Source of the DNA: Setoptus koraiensis
Lineage: Eukaryota; Animalia; Arthropoda
DNA length: 64,000 bases
Direction of reading: 5' to 3'
NCBI GenBank assembly: GCA_048013815.1
Contig: CM106585.1
Location: 22,444,001 to 22,508,000 of the forward strand
The notes below the pieces were generated by a model. The model did no database searches. It saw only the letters and a list, made by a program, of their open reading frames with translations, and had not been told where the DNA came from. Within the stretch, counting starts at the first letter, position 1. Each line of letters begins with the position of its first letter. The position numbers and the translations under genes were made by a program. Below, piece by piece: positions 11,902 to 24,368 of the stretch.

Positions 11902-14441
11902 TCTTTGACTTTAAATAACCACTGACATGAAATAATGGTTTGAGATTCCTTACTATGGCATAGTATTCGTAGGGGTATTATTAGAATAGTAATGATATAA
12001 TAAATATAAATAATTAGAATGTTTGATCAATCATTTACGCTATCCACACAGTGGAGTGTAGCATTTTTGTGAGAGTCAAAACAATAACAATCATCATATG
12101 GTATTTGTATTGCAGGTAGTGATAATGTCCGCTAGGTGTCACTTTCAGAACCTGATTTAGAGGTCGGACTTTCTAAAAGTCCACATAAGATATTAAAGTA
12201 TCTAGAATGATGAAGTCACCGACCATATTCAGCACCTTCATTTTTCCTAATTGAATTTTAAATGCACCATAGAGTTTGTATAGTGATCATCAGTGACGAA
12301 CACAAAGTCTCCAAGATACCTGGCTTCCAAACACATTCCAAGGAAATGGTAGATCGATCGAGGGACAAAGAGGGCTTGTCAAAGGGAGCACCGAATATGA
12401 TGAAATGAAAAATCATTGCAAACCCCGTCCAAGTCAGCGCTAGTTACTCAGCAGCTGACTTTCAATGCAAGTTGGATGGATATGGAAGTCCCGCATCATA
12501 GGGCCTACCACTTACCATAAGTTCTGATGAGATGAATGAAGCGGCGATTTTATTATTTAATCGATTATTGAACATGGTGAGGGATTTCCTGTAGATACAG
12601 CATTCAGCTTGTACTGAATTGAGCAAACAATGAATCACAAAACTATCCAAAGCTGACCATTCAATCACAATGAGTCTTGTAAGCGACCAATTGTTGACTC
12701 TATTGTTACCATTCGTTGAGACACTATCTACCTTCATTATTGATCAATAAAAATCTAATCTTACTGACTCTAGATGGTCATCTGTCCGAAAAGATTGACC
12801 AAGGATGACGTAAAGCTGTTCATTTTTGCTAGTGATTGTTACGAAATGCCGCATTCGAAGAATCTATCAAGATGGATGATTTTTTCTCAGTATTTATAAA
12901 GGTCTGTAAAATTTTGCCTGAACTGCACAATAAAGCGATCAACACAATCAAGATCGGTGACATGCTCTTACTCTACGTCAGGAGATAGAATGAAAAGAAA
13001 GAATTGTTCTCAGCGAGCATGATGATATGATAATGGTGATTGCATAAACAAGTCTCAAGGCATATAATGCAATCCTAGCTAACAACGATCTTGAGTATGA
13101 ATGAATCAAGGTATACGTGCCCATGTGAGAGCGCCAAAATTGCGTGGGCGAGGTCGGATAAATCTCAAGAAACATCTGTAATAATGTGCGTTTCATAGAA
13201 TAATGAATATTCAACTGACTTGTATATCTTCAAGTAGCTTGCAATTATTGTATCAGTTTTAATTATAAGATTGTGAGACCAGTGGAAATAGCCTTGCTTA
13301 TATTATACAACCTAATGATTGAACCGATTACCGATTCGGATTTTAATCAATCGAACTAATACTTTAACCTAAAGAAGAATATTACCCAGCAAAACAGTTA
13401 ACTACATATAAATTATATGAATCAGAAGCGAAAAGTCAGAAAAGTCCGAAGTTATCTGACAACAAACACACAGTCAGATATTTCAAACTGATTTGGTAAG
13501 TCTATTTTGATCTATGCATTTGCTATACAATTCCGTCAAGGAACATCATGCAACAAAATAACACTTCGATAGATATTGTTGGCACATTTCAAGTATTCCA
13601 GTCTCATGTAGATGTATGCAAATTCTATAGATAAGGGCATCAGTGACATATTGACGATATTCATGTCTGCAGTTTGTTGTGACTAGTATAGATTTCATAT
13701 GTATGAATTGGAACTGTCGACAGCTCAATAAAGAATTTGGCTAGATTGATAACAAGTTTACTTATTTAGTCTATTGATAAGTATTAATTGAAACAATTTT
13801 TATTATTTGAATGGTACTTGGCATTGCGCTTCATTTAACTAACAAGTAAGTCAACTCTAACTGTAGTTAGATGTTTTTGGAACAGTAAATTGTTGTTGTT
13901 GTTGACAAAAGTTAACAATGTCCGTTCTTTTGGACCAATGATTCACTAGATCCAGACAAATGGTGCAATGCTTGGAGATTGGCAAATCTTGAGTCTAGTA
14001 AATTCCAGAACATACCTAGCGTCTGTTGTTGATACGTATGGGCTTGGAGTTCCTCTAGCCAATGTCACATATAGCATGTTTGCGTGAAAAGTTAAGCTGA
14101 TCCTAGCGAGATTTAGCGTCAGCATGAGTAGCTATGTGCAAGTACAGAAGCAGAGCGCATTCTGAAGAGTGAGTCATATCAACGTTCTTCTTTCTATAGT
14201 TTTATGTTCTTTCCAAGTAATGTTACACAGCTAGCTATTCTAGTCAAGATTCTTCTACACTTAGTCAGTAGTGTTGATGTAATTGTCAGCTGACTCACAA
14301 ATGGTACTTAGCTCGAGAGAAAATGTGTATAAATCTGTTGGTATAATTGATAACAATAATGTTACGTAAAACAACAATTGATATAGCTCCCTAAAGTAGC
14401 TAATTGATAGCAAAACAGAATCAATAATAGAAGGTATAAAA

Positions 14442-17400
14442 ATGAACAATGCTGATAAATTGCCACCCATGCCATTGTCTCATCATCAGGTAGATCAATA
14501 TTGTTATGCAAACACTCATTTGAAAAGCTTTCTTAAACTCAATCTATCCTCTAACTAAATTTATGATACATATAAAAATAACACACATATTTGCATCTCA
14601 ACTATGATAGACAAATAGTAGCAATAAAAAAGTTAAAAGTTCACTAGTAGTAAATTTAGCTAACAACAATAGCAGTTCTAATGGAGGAAGTAACATTTGT
14701 AAGCAAGAGAATTTTACAACTAATCGAGCACCTTCCGGTAGAGCTCCAAATTTAGATTCTAGAATATCTAATCACTCGTCACTATCATTCAACGGAATTA
14801 ACAATGCAGTAACTGTATTGAAACAAAACAAATTATTGAGAAATCGTAGTTCATCTTCAACAGATAGTTCACCTGTTTGCATAGCTCAAACTGAACGCTC
14901 ATTTAGCACTAGAATTAACGATAGTTTCGATGAGCATGATTTATGGTTTTCGGCCACCAATTCTCTTGCCAGTTTGCACGATTGCCATGAGCCGACACCA
15001 GAATCCCAAATAGTGGCTGTCAGTGGAAGTAGACGGCGCCGACAAAGAATTGTACCCATAAGATTGAAGCTAGACGATTGCGACAAATCGGGGAGGCTCC
15101 CCGGTAGCTGTAAAAGCAGCAATAGTAGCAACAAGATTATTAAGACACCCCAAAGCGCACCTCCTCTGATCGATAGTGTAGATATTAAAACTAAAGAAGA
15201 TTACCCCGATGTTGCTACTAGTGATGTTGATCATAAGCAATTATCAACGATTAATTGGAAAGAAAATCTGATCAATTGTAAAACTAAACTTTTGTCTCAA
15301 TCTTGTACTGATTTCTTCGACGAAACACCCAAAAATTGCATTTTTTATCAGCAGCAGGAGCAGCGCACCAGAGATCGATCTCAAGACGAGAGTCAATCTG
15401 ACGCCTACTTGACCGATTGTTCCGAAGACTCAACACATTTATATCAAAGGCAAACTACATCAACTAAGCGAGGTAGAAAAACAATAATAACAAAGCAAAG
15501 TCATGAAATTATAGGCCAAAGAAACAACAACAATAAATCTCAAACTAATTTAATTGTTAATGAATCGCCACGAATTGTGGAAATATTCAACGATAATCCC
15601 AATGATAAAAACAATGAGCTGACAGTGTCTGTGGGGCGACGAGACAGTTCAGATAGCGAAAATCAACATATTAGTTATAATAATACAAGCGAAATATTTG
15701 CAAGCAAACAACAGCAACACAAACAATTGTCAGCGTCAATCACGAGCTTAAACCAGATAATAAAATCTCCATCATTTAACAATGTCATCACGAACAAACA
15801 AGAATCATCGATAAACAACACTGTCAGTGGCAGTTATGTAACTCGTCAGAGTTTTTCTAACTCTTCATCTTCTAGTTCCAATTTACAGCAACTGAGAAAA
15901 CAAGCCACCGCCATGTTGTCGATAAACTCAACAAATTCGACGGCACGTAGAAATCAATCATCCATTTCAAGTTCTTCCTCGCGTCAACTTTTGTCCGACG
16001 CAACTAGCCAGTCGGCATCGAGCTCAAACGCACTGGCCAACACCATTGATATAACACCGGAACTGATGGATTCGGGCACAGTTGCCACGAGTCATTTGTC
16101 ATCAATTCGTCGCTTGTCAACATCGTCAACAGCGTCTACTTCGTCTACAACTTCAACGGCAAGAATACTGAATCATCATCATCACCAACAACAGCAGCAG
16201 CAACAACAGAAATTCAAATCTAGTGCGACATTCATGTTGGGAGCCCATCATTCTTCGTCGGCTTCATCGTTGGCCCGTTCGACAAATCAACAGCAGCAAC
16301 AGCACGCGATCAGTATGAGCCGAAGCAATCAGCAACAACGCAAACAATCTATATTTCTTGATCCAGACACAATAATATCGCCCGATGTAAGGTCACTGGT
16401 GAAGGAGATAGGAATGGATTTTGAAGAACTTGAACAGGCCTCTAATCAGCAGGCGCTCAGGTCAAGCGCAAATTTTTCCATGCAACAACAAATGAACAAT
16501 GGTTTGAGTATTTTATTCAATAATAGACCCATAATGAGCCAAAATAGATTGTCCATTATGCCGTCGCGCACGGTACCCATCAGAGCAGCATCCGGTCAAT
16601 CAGTATCTGTGAAACAATTGCGTCACAATGAATTTGGAGACGACGACGACGATACGCCGTCACCGATAATATCATCTCCAGATTTGGAGGGTTTTATAAC
16701 GAGCGCCAGCTCGATGAGACACAGAAAGTCGACAGGCAACGAACGAAGAATATCATTGGAGATAGACGACGAGGACAGTAGCAGTAATAGTAGACAGCAG
16801 TCGAATGCAAGAATGGACAAAATAAATCAATTATTGGCCAATGGTAATAGTAAATTAATTGAATCAATTGTACCATCGCATGTAAGCATTGAGCCAGTGA
16901 AACAATCTGATACTGATACTGTCGGCTCAACAACAGTAGTGGCGGATAAAAAAGTTGACACTACCGATAGTGACGATAAATTGGCCAGGTCAAAGAATGA
17001 ACAAACAAGTGACAGCAACAATATGCAAATAGAGAGCAACAAACAACAACAACTAGACAAAGCGGTTATGTTCAAGTCAATGTCGCGCATTGAACAACGG
17101 ATGTGCGATTTGTGTAAAAAATTAAAAGATTGCCAGGACACCAAAGAGGCCATTGATTTATTGAACATAATGATCAATATGATTGAGAAGGCTTGGTCGG
17201 TTCATTCTTGTGGATACGATCTTGGCTTCAAATTGTGCAACACCCTGAGAGAGGCAGGCGGCTTGGATATTTTGCTCAATTGTATCCACGATTACGGTGA
17301 CCAATCATTGTTGGATCCGGATCACACTCACTGGACGTCGTTGCTGCTAAACAACAGTGGTGCCGATAAGCAAATCGCTCAACACAATGACATAATATCA

Positions 17401-20253
17401 GCGAGTCAACCACAACAACAGCAGCATATTGATACAATTGACGAAACGTCGCCACTCACCGAACAGGACAATGAAAATGATGAAACAAAGACGACGATAA
17501 AACGCGACAATGGCGACAGCAACAACACAATTAGCCATAGCAATTCAACTGTTGTTGATACCACAGATGATAGCTGTTCGGCCAACACCGATTCAACCGG
17601 CAAACGAGCGCAAGAATCAGCCAAATCTCCATCACATTATCACCATCATAGGCAAGCCAATCATTTGCAACTGAAAATATTAACTCCGGCAATCAACGAC
17701 GAAACAGGCAACAACGCTGGCACCGGCAGTAGTTGTGGCGACGTGAGATCGCCGCTGGTAGCAACAACAGATTATCATCGCCAACTGACACTGTCCTCGT
17801 CACCCTCAACGAATGTCACCACCACCCCGCTAGTCAGCACCGATAATGATGGCGATAACAGAATAGCCAAAATCGCCAGCGATGTTGCCAATCTCAATGA
17901 TCTGGACGAAAGAAGAGAAGACGAGGATGAGGCAGTGTCACTGCACGAGGATGTCGTGTATCTCAGTGCCCGTTTGTTGTCTCAGTGTCTGACATCGGAA
18001 AATCGGCGCTACATAGTGGCAAACGGGTTGCAATTGATCATAAAATTGGCCTGCAATTTCACCACTATGAAGAGCACTCACAGTCATAGATGGTTAAATA
18101 GATCGGCGTCGTTGTTGGCCAAACAACAGACAGAAAAACAATGGAAGCAACAAGACAACAGCAACAACAACAACAGACTGAAGAAGAATCAACAATCGTC
18201 GGACGGTGTTGTCAATGTCAAGGCGTCTGACATGCACGCCAAAATTGGAACAGAGATTCTGGAGCATTTGTTCAAACATTCAGAGGACACTTGCTCAGAG
18301 ATAATATCCCTGGGCGGACTACAGGCCGTTTTGTATGGTTGCCGTTCGCAAGACATTGACACCTTGCGACATTGTGCCTCAGCTCTGGCCAATCTTGCCA
18401 TGTACGGCGGACCGGACAGTCAGCAGACTATGATAGAGCAAAAGGCTCACGTTTGGCTGTTCAGATTGGCAGTGACAAAAGACGACAACATTCAATATTA
18501 TGCCTGTTTGGCCATTGTTGTGCTGGTGGCAAATCCAGAAATTGAGGCCGATGTGCTCAAGTCGGGAACATTGGATTTAGTGGAGCCATTTGTGACTAGG
18601 CACGAGCCACAAAAGTTTGCCACTAGCACCACATCTCACATACACGGTCAATCGGCAAGTTGGTTACGTAAGCTCATTCCAGTGTTAGATAGTAAACGTG
18701 AAGAGGCACGAAATTTGGCAGCCTTCCATTTCAACATGGAGGCCTACATAAAGAAGGCCCAAGGTCAAACGGAGGTGTTCAAAACAATTGGCTCTGTTGA
18801 GGCACTCAAAAAGGTTGCTAGCTCGCCGATAGCTATAGCATCGAAATTTGCATGTCAAACATTGAGATTGATCGGCGAAGAGGTGCCCCATAAATTGTCG
18901 CAACAGGTACCATTGTGGACAGTGGACGATGTCATGGAATGGGTGAAACAAATTGGTTTTGAGCGATTTAGTCAGGCATTCATTGATAGCAACGTTGATG
19001 GAGATCTGTTGTTGCAATTGGACGAACAAATGCTTCAAACGGATCTGAGATTGGATAATGGCATAATAAGGAGGAGATTCTTGCGCGAGTTGGGCGCTCT
19101 AAAACGAATAGCGGATTATTCATCGTGCGACACATCAAATTTGTACAATATTCTCACTAGTGTTGGCCAAGAATATACTCAATACATTTATAACATGGTT
19201 CAAAATGGTGTCACCAGGGACAATATACACCTATTGAGCGATGAACAATTGCTCAACGAATGCAAGATATACAATAGTATACATAGGATGAAGATAACAC
19301 AAGCCATCAAAGCGAAAAATGTCACCAATTCGGAGGGAACGCAACTTGATGGCGATCCCATCAACAATAAAACACTGGATGTGTTTGTCAGCTATAGGCG
19401 ATCGACAGGTAGCCAATTGGCCAGTTTGCTCAAGGTTCATTTGCAATTGAGAGGATTCAGGTAACTGTCGCGATAACAGCACTTGTGACAAAATACATCA
19501 CATTGATAGTTTTTTATAATAATCTAATCGAAAAATCAATACTTGCCCCTTTACATTGATCACTATTGCAATTCTAAACGATATTTCAGTGTATTCATAG
19601 ACGTGGAAAGACTTGAGGCGGGTAAATTTGACAACAATTTGCTGGAAAGCATCAAGATAGCTCGCAATTTTATCCTAGTGCTCAGTCCGAACGCCCTAGA
19701 TCGTTGTCTCGGCGACGACGACTGCAAAGACTGGGTACACAAAGAGATTGTGGCCGCGCTCACTAGCAATTGTAACATTATTCCCATATTTGATAACTTT
19801 CAATGGCCAGAAACGGAATCTCTACCACAGGATATGCGATCAATAAATTATTTCAATGGCGTCAGGTTAGTGGTCATTGAATTTTGTCATATTTCTTCGC
19901 TAATTACGCCCACTAACCTTAGTTAAGCATTCCAACACTAACTAACCGGTTTTCATTATCTCTATCTCTCCAAACGAACAAACAGATGGATACACGATTA
20001 CCAGGACGCTTGCGTTGACAAAGTGGAGCGCTTCATCAGGGGGGAAATTAGCTCATATCAATCTGGTGTGGCCGGCCCACGGCCAGGAGTAGCGTACTCT
20101 TCTATTCTGACTCCATCATGCTCGGCCTCAATATCTTCGCTTACAAGCAACACAACAAGATTTGACCAGTCAGATCACCCCTTGTCAGTCAATAATCTCT
20201 CTGCATCACCAACTTATCAGAACACATCGCCCAGTTACATTGTCAGGCGGTGA
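14442..20253 (+). CDS. SARM1: SARM1/Ect4 NAD+ hydrolase (ARM-SAM-SAM-TIR), probably 4 exons
   Basis: join(14442-14489 inferred,14611-19460,19590-19865,19986-20253) = 5442 nt in frame. ARM repeats ([16 protein letters not shown]), tandem SAM ([15 protein letters not shown]), TIR ([27 protein letters not shown]|SVFIDVERL; WVHKEI with catalytic Glu; R|WIHDYQDAC). Exon 1 is inferred because the frame is open from 14611 with no ATG for about 1.3 kb. Confidence 0.93.
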
Positions 20254-20289
20254 CAAGTAAACAATGTCTGTTTGTGTAAAACTTCTTAG

Positions 20290-20620
20290 ATCCAAAAGAA
20301 TCTGCTTTATTCATGTAAAATTATTTCGTTCAAAATCATTTCTTTTAAAATTATTTCGTCTAAAATTGTTTGGTTCAAAGTCATTTCGTTTAAAGTCGTC
20401 TGGTTGTTCTGTTTGGTTGTTTTTCGTCAGTGGTATAAATGGTTTGAAATGGTTTGGTTTGAAATGTTTGTGTTGGTTTAGAATCGTCCTGTCAAAAATT
20501 GATCTGTTTGGTAGTTTTTCGTCAGTGGTATAATTGGTTTGGAATGGTTTCGTTTGAAATGTTTGTGTTGGTTTAAAATCGTTTTGTTTGAAACTTTGGT
20601 GTTGGTTAAAATCGTTTTGA
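20290..20620. repeat. Degenerate 15-bp tandem array plus a ~95-bp direct duplication
   Basis: Units aaaattatttcgttc / aaaatcatttctttt / aaaattatttcgtct / aaaattgtttggttc / aaagtcatttcgttt; 20411-20492 repeated at 20506-20588 with few mismatches. Confidence 0.8.
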
Positions 20621-20733
20621 GGGCGCGGACTAAGACCGATTCTGGCTGCGCGACAGTCAAAGATGGCGTCTGTGTCAAAGATGGATTTGTGTTAATATAG
20701 AAGATCACTCAAGAGCGATCGAATTCATACTCT

Positions 20734-23364
20734 TCACCAAAAATGATCTTGTAAGAACTGCGAAATGCGATCGCCGTCGCGAGCCATCCAGAACATGTTG
20801 AGACGTATCTTTTCGATAGATTGTTGAATTAACAGCTCAGTGCCAGAAAAAGAGTTTTCTCCAAAGAATTTTTCTATTTCCTCTATCTTTTCTTGCGTGG
20901 TGAAGTTCTCGGTTGTTTTTCCGATCAGTTCCTTGAGCGAGTCCTCTGGTAGCGTCTTGAAATTTGTTCGGAAAAAATTCCAAGCTGCATCGCGACCTTC
21001 TATTGTCTTCGCAGCCGCTTCAATGACTAACACTCTAAAATAATTGCTAACCTCGTCCGACAAAGCGAACTGGAAAACTTCGTCTATGCGTCGCTGGTTT
21101 GTAGCAGCACCTAGCGCCTGAATTATGCGACCTTTCTCATCTTGTGAATCGGTTTGTCTATAGAGTGTGAAGAGCCAATCAAGCATGTCATCCTCACCGT
21201 AAGCAGCCACTGACCTGAAGACAGGTAGCCTCAAATCGACCGGAAGACTTTTACCGCTGATGTGGTCTGTAAAATAGTTTCTTGCCTCAATTAACATGGA
21301 TTCATCGCCAAATGTCAACATCCGGTCTATAATTAGGGCACGCAAGCAACCGTCTAGGTGATCATCGCTCCAGCGTGGCCTCCATGTGAGCTTTTGTTGG
21401 ATATTTTCATACAATCCTATACAAAATTTGCGAAATTGCGACTGAAGCCTACCACAATAATCAGACAAGATTATATCGATTTTGTGAACATGATCATCGA
21501 TAGAGGCCCAAACTGTTTTATGTTCCTCATTGACATAGGACGTGAGAAGCTTTAGCAGAGTGGCAGTGTTAGTAATACCGGCCTGGCACAAGGCAAACAT
21601 GTCGTTTTGTATCGCAAATCGATCCAACGGAGTCAGTTCTAACTGAGATATCGCTGGCAGTAATCTTTCTATGAGTTGGGGCGGATGATGTACTCTGTAG
21701 AAGCCAACCCTGTCCGGATTGAATAAAACCCAGGTTTGATTTTCGTCCGGCAGTGAGCGCCTTATAAAGGCTTTAGACATGACGAATTCAGTTCTAAATT
21801 CTTCGGAGGCTGTGCGCATCAACACTGGAATTGTCCAGATAGCCTGTCTATCCTCAGATGAAAAGTATCTACCGTTAGAGATGAACTTTTTTTGTTTCAT
21901 GTTGAGCGTCATATGTTTGTCCACGTTGTTTATTATAGCGTGGATTTCCAACATTGGATAGCCTCTCAGATGTGTCCAGTCTTTCATCATTCTGGTCACC
22001 TCCGCCGGGCGGCTCGCTCTTTCCAGTGACTGCCACAATTCCTCGCATGTGGCGTTGCTATACTTGTAAAGGTTTATGAATGACTTCAAGCCAATCTTGA
22101 AACAATCGTCAGTGATGTATTCGTGCAGCATTCTTATAATGGCGGTTCCCTTATCGTAAACGATAGTGTCATATACGTCGTAAAGCTCTGACGGACGCAC
22201 GATGGGTACCTCGACGGGATGATTGTTGCGTAGGGCGTCCACTTGGGACACTCGTGCCAGTATTTCGCCCACAAATTGAGTCATATAATCGTAATCAGGA
22301 AAAATTTTATCCATGCACGTTATGTGAAGAAATGTTGCAACAGACTCGTAGAGCCACATTTGGGTCCACCATTTCATCGTAACCAGATTTCCAAACCACT
22401 GATGAGCAATCTCGTGAGTGACTGTGAAGGCAATGTGCTGAAGTTGATATGTAGATGCATCGAATTCATATATCAATAGGTCGTTTTTGCAAGCAATTAG
22501 GCCCCAATTTTCCATAGCGCTAAAGATGATGTCTGGCATTGCGACGAGATCCAGTTTGGGTAACGGGTACAAAATATCAAGATATTGTTCGTAGTAGCGT
22601 AATGATTTAAGTGCCGCATCTAGCGCATATCGACCCTTATGGCTTTCGCCTAACGGTGTGTAAATTGTTACTGGTATGTCCCGATGATACGCTCGGATGA
22701 AATCGAACTCTGCCATCATGAATGCTAGCAAGTAGGTGGACATTAGGGGAGTTGGGCCAAACCGGAATGCTTTCTTACCATTGCATCTTGTTACTCCTAT
22801 TAAGTTCATGTTGGACAAGGCCATAAGAGGGGGTTCCACGACCAGTATTAAGTTAAACCTGGCTTTCACAGCTGGCTCGTCCCAACAAGGAAAGACTAGT
22901 CTGGCATAGGCGGGTTGGAATTGTGTGAAAGCCCCAAATCGTAATCGCCCATCCTTACCAGTGTATTTGGAGCGATAGAATCCACGTAGCCTATCATTGA
23001 GCGTCCCGCTATACTCGATGGCCAATTTACCTGGGCCCGGCATCAGTTCTCGATCAAATACAAATGTGGCAGTTTCAGTTGGGCCACTTACAATCACTTG
23101 GCGTGCAACAAGTGGATCACCATAGTATGTTGTGTAAGTGGCAACATAGAAACTTAGCTGCTTTGCGTGTAGCACTATCTCAAATGTCGACTCAAATACA
23201 TGGATGTTTATCAAGGCGGCTCCGCCAAATGTCCCTCTTTCAATAGATGGCTCGATAGTAAAAGAGTACAATAATGGCTTACAATAGTTGGGCAGACGAA
23301 CATCGGTGTATCGAGTGTCGTCAACAACCTGAAACGGAACAGTTTCTCCGGCTTCGTCATCCAT
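20734..23364 (-). CDS. NPEPPS: M1 zinc aminopeptidase, puromycin-sensitive aminopeptidase-like, intronless
   Basis: 876 aa. TQFQPAYARLVFPCWDEPAVKA; SAMENWG (GAMEN variant); HEIAHQWFGNLVTM..W..WLYE zinc motif; VYDKG catalytic Tyr; ERAP1-like C-terminal domain. Orthology versus divergent paralog is uncertain. Confidence 0.85.
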   Translation of the reverse strand: MDDEAGETVPFQVVDDTRYTDVRLPNYCKPLLYSFTIEPSIERGTFGGAALINIHVFESTFEIVLHAKQLSFYVATYTTYYGDPLVARQVIVSGPTETATFVFDRELMPGPGKLAIEYSGTLNDRLRGFYRSKYTGKDGRLRFGAFTQFQPAYARLVFPCWDEPAVKARFNLILVVEPPLMALSNMNLIGVTRCNGKKAFRFGPTPLMSTYLLAFMMAEFDFIRAYHRDIPVTIYTPLGESHKGRYALDAALKSLRYYEQYLDILYPLPKLDLVAMPDIIFSAMENWGLIACKNDLLIYEFDASTYQLQHIAFTVTHEIAHQWFGNLVTMKWWTQMWLYESVATFLHITCMDKIFPDYDYMTQFVGEILARVSQVDALRNNHPVEVPIVRPSELYDVYDTIVYDKGTAIIRMLHEYITDDCFKIGLKSFINLYKYSNATCEELWQSLERASRPAEVTRMMKDWTHLRGYPMLEIHAIINNVDKHMTLNMKQKKFISNGRYFSSEDRQAIWTIPVLMRTASEEFRTEFVMSKAFIRRSLPDENQTWVLFNPDRVGFYRVHHPPQLIERLLPAISQLELTPLDRFAIQNDMFALCQAGITNTATLLKLLTSYVNEEHKTVWASIDDHVHKIDIILSDYCGRLQSQFRKFCIGLYENIQQKLTWRPRWSDDHLDGCLRALIIDRMLTFGDESMLIEARNYFTDHISGKSLPVDLRLPVFRSVAAYGEDDMLDWLFTLYRQTDSQDEKGRIIQALGAATNQRRIDEVFQFALSDEVSNYFRVLVIEAAAKTIEGRDAAWNFFRTNFKTLPEDSLKELIGKTTENFTTQEKIEEIEKFFGENSFSGTELLIQQSIEKIRLNMFWMARDGDRISQFLQDHFW

Positions 23365-23557
23365 TGATGATACGTCTGGTCCAAAGATATTTCTTAAGTT
23401 TAATCTTATGCTATGTACTTTATGTCTTGATGACTTTTAGATTGTCTTTGACTTGTCTTCTCGATATCTTGTGATTCGCATTATATATACTAGCAGTGGC
23501 GAGGGGCGTTTGATGATTTGAGAGCGCCAAGCTACAAGTTGCACTCACCGATTCGCG

Positions 23558-23585
23558 TCTAGACTCTAGACTCTAGACTCTAGAC
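23558..23585. repeat. (TCTAGAC)x4 tandem heptamer
   Basis: tctagac tctagac tctagac tctagac read directly. Confidence 0.9.
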
Positions 23586-24368
23586 ATACTATCATCTGCG
23601 AAACCGAGCGGCAAACATGAAGATTCAAAGTTGAATATTTTGAGTCAAAACTTTTGACTCAAATATTAAACCAGTTGACTCATATAACAATGACCATCTA
23701 TTTGATTTTCAAGAGATTTACTGGGCGCAAAATGACTTCTTATGTGCCGTGTGCGCTCGAAATCGGTCAAAATGTTTATAAAAATGAACAGATAGGCAAC
23801 AATCACCATAGATATCACGTTTTCTCGACAATTCTAAGGAAGAAATAAAACAAATGACCTATAGGTCGTCTGTAGATTCTTTCGTTCTTCGAACTAAAGA
23901 TGCTAGCCTAGTATCCAACTCGATGCATTCTCTGAATTTTCTCGAGTGTTAATCTCGACTCCTGTGATTTCTTCTAAAAGACAAGAATAGAAAACCCAGT
24001 GCTGGATGGTGTTCGCTGCCGAATAAACTATTGGTTGGCCACAATCACGCCCACAAGAAGCTGCCTAAATTATGCGGCATAACACTGAATCTAAATACTC
24101 TTGGTGACAAAAGAACGTGCGTGCAATAATGGGCGACTTCATGATATTTTTTGTCAAATGAAGACAATCAATAGTAAAATTTAGAGCTGACACATGAAAA
24201 CAATGATGACACAATCGGGTAGTTATAGTCATGTCGATAAATTATCGTTTTTTTTTTCTTCATATAAAGTACAAAATAGTTAATTTAGTTTTTAGTTGAT
24301 CATTGGGATTCTCCAAACACATTGTCCTTTTTGATTTATATATACATATATTCAGCTAATTTTCTCTA

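Noticed and set aside
12200-14400. Hydrophobic short ORFs on the - strand with an ionotropic-receptor-like snippet (IHLHETGILE) and TM-like stretches
   Set aside because: Fragments are short, out of expected order and lack diagnostic motifs; cannot be called a chemoreceptor pseudogene without a profile search.
14261-14470. MGGNL... ORF as the missing CWC25 first exon
   Set aside because: Only MGG matches, there is no KKSWHP motif, and it is antisense to the inferred SARM1 exon 1.
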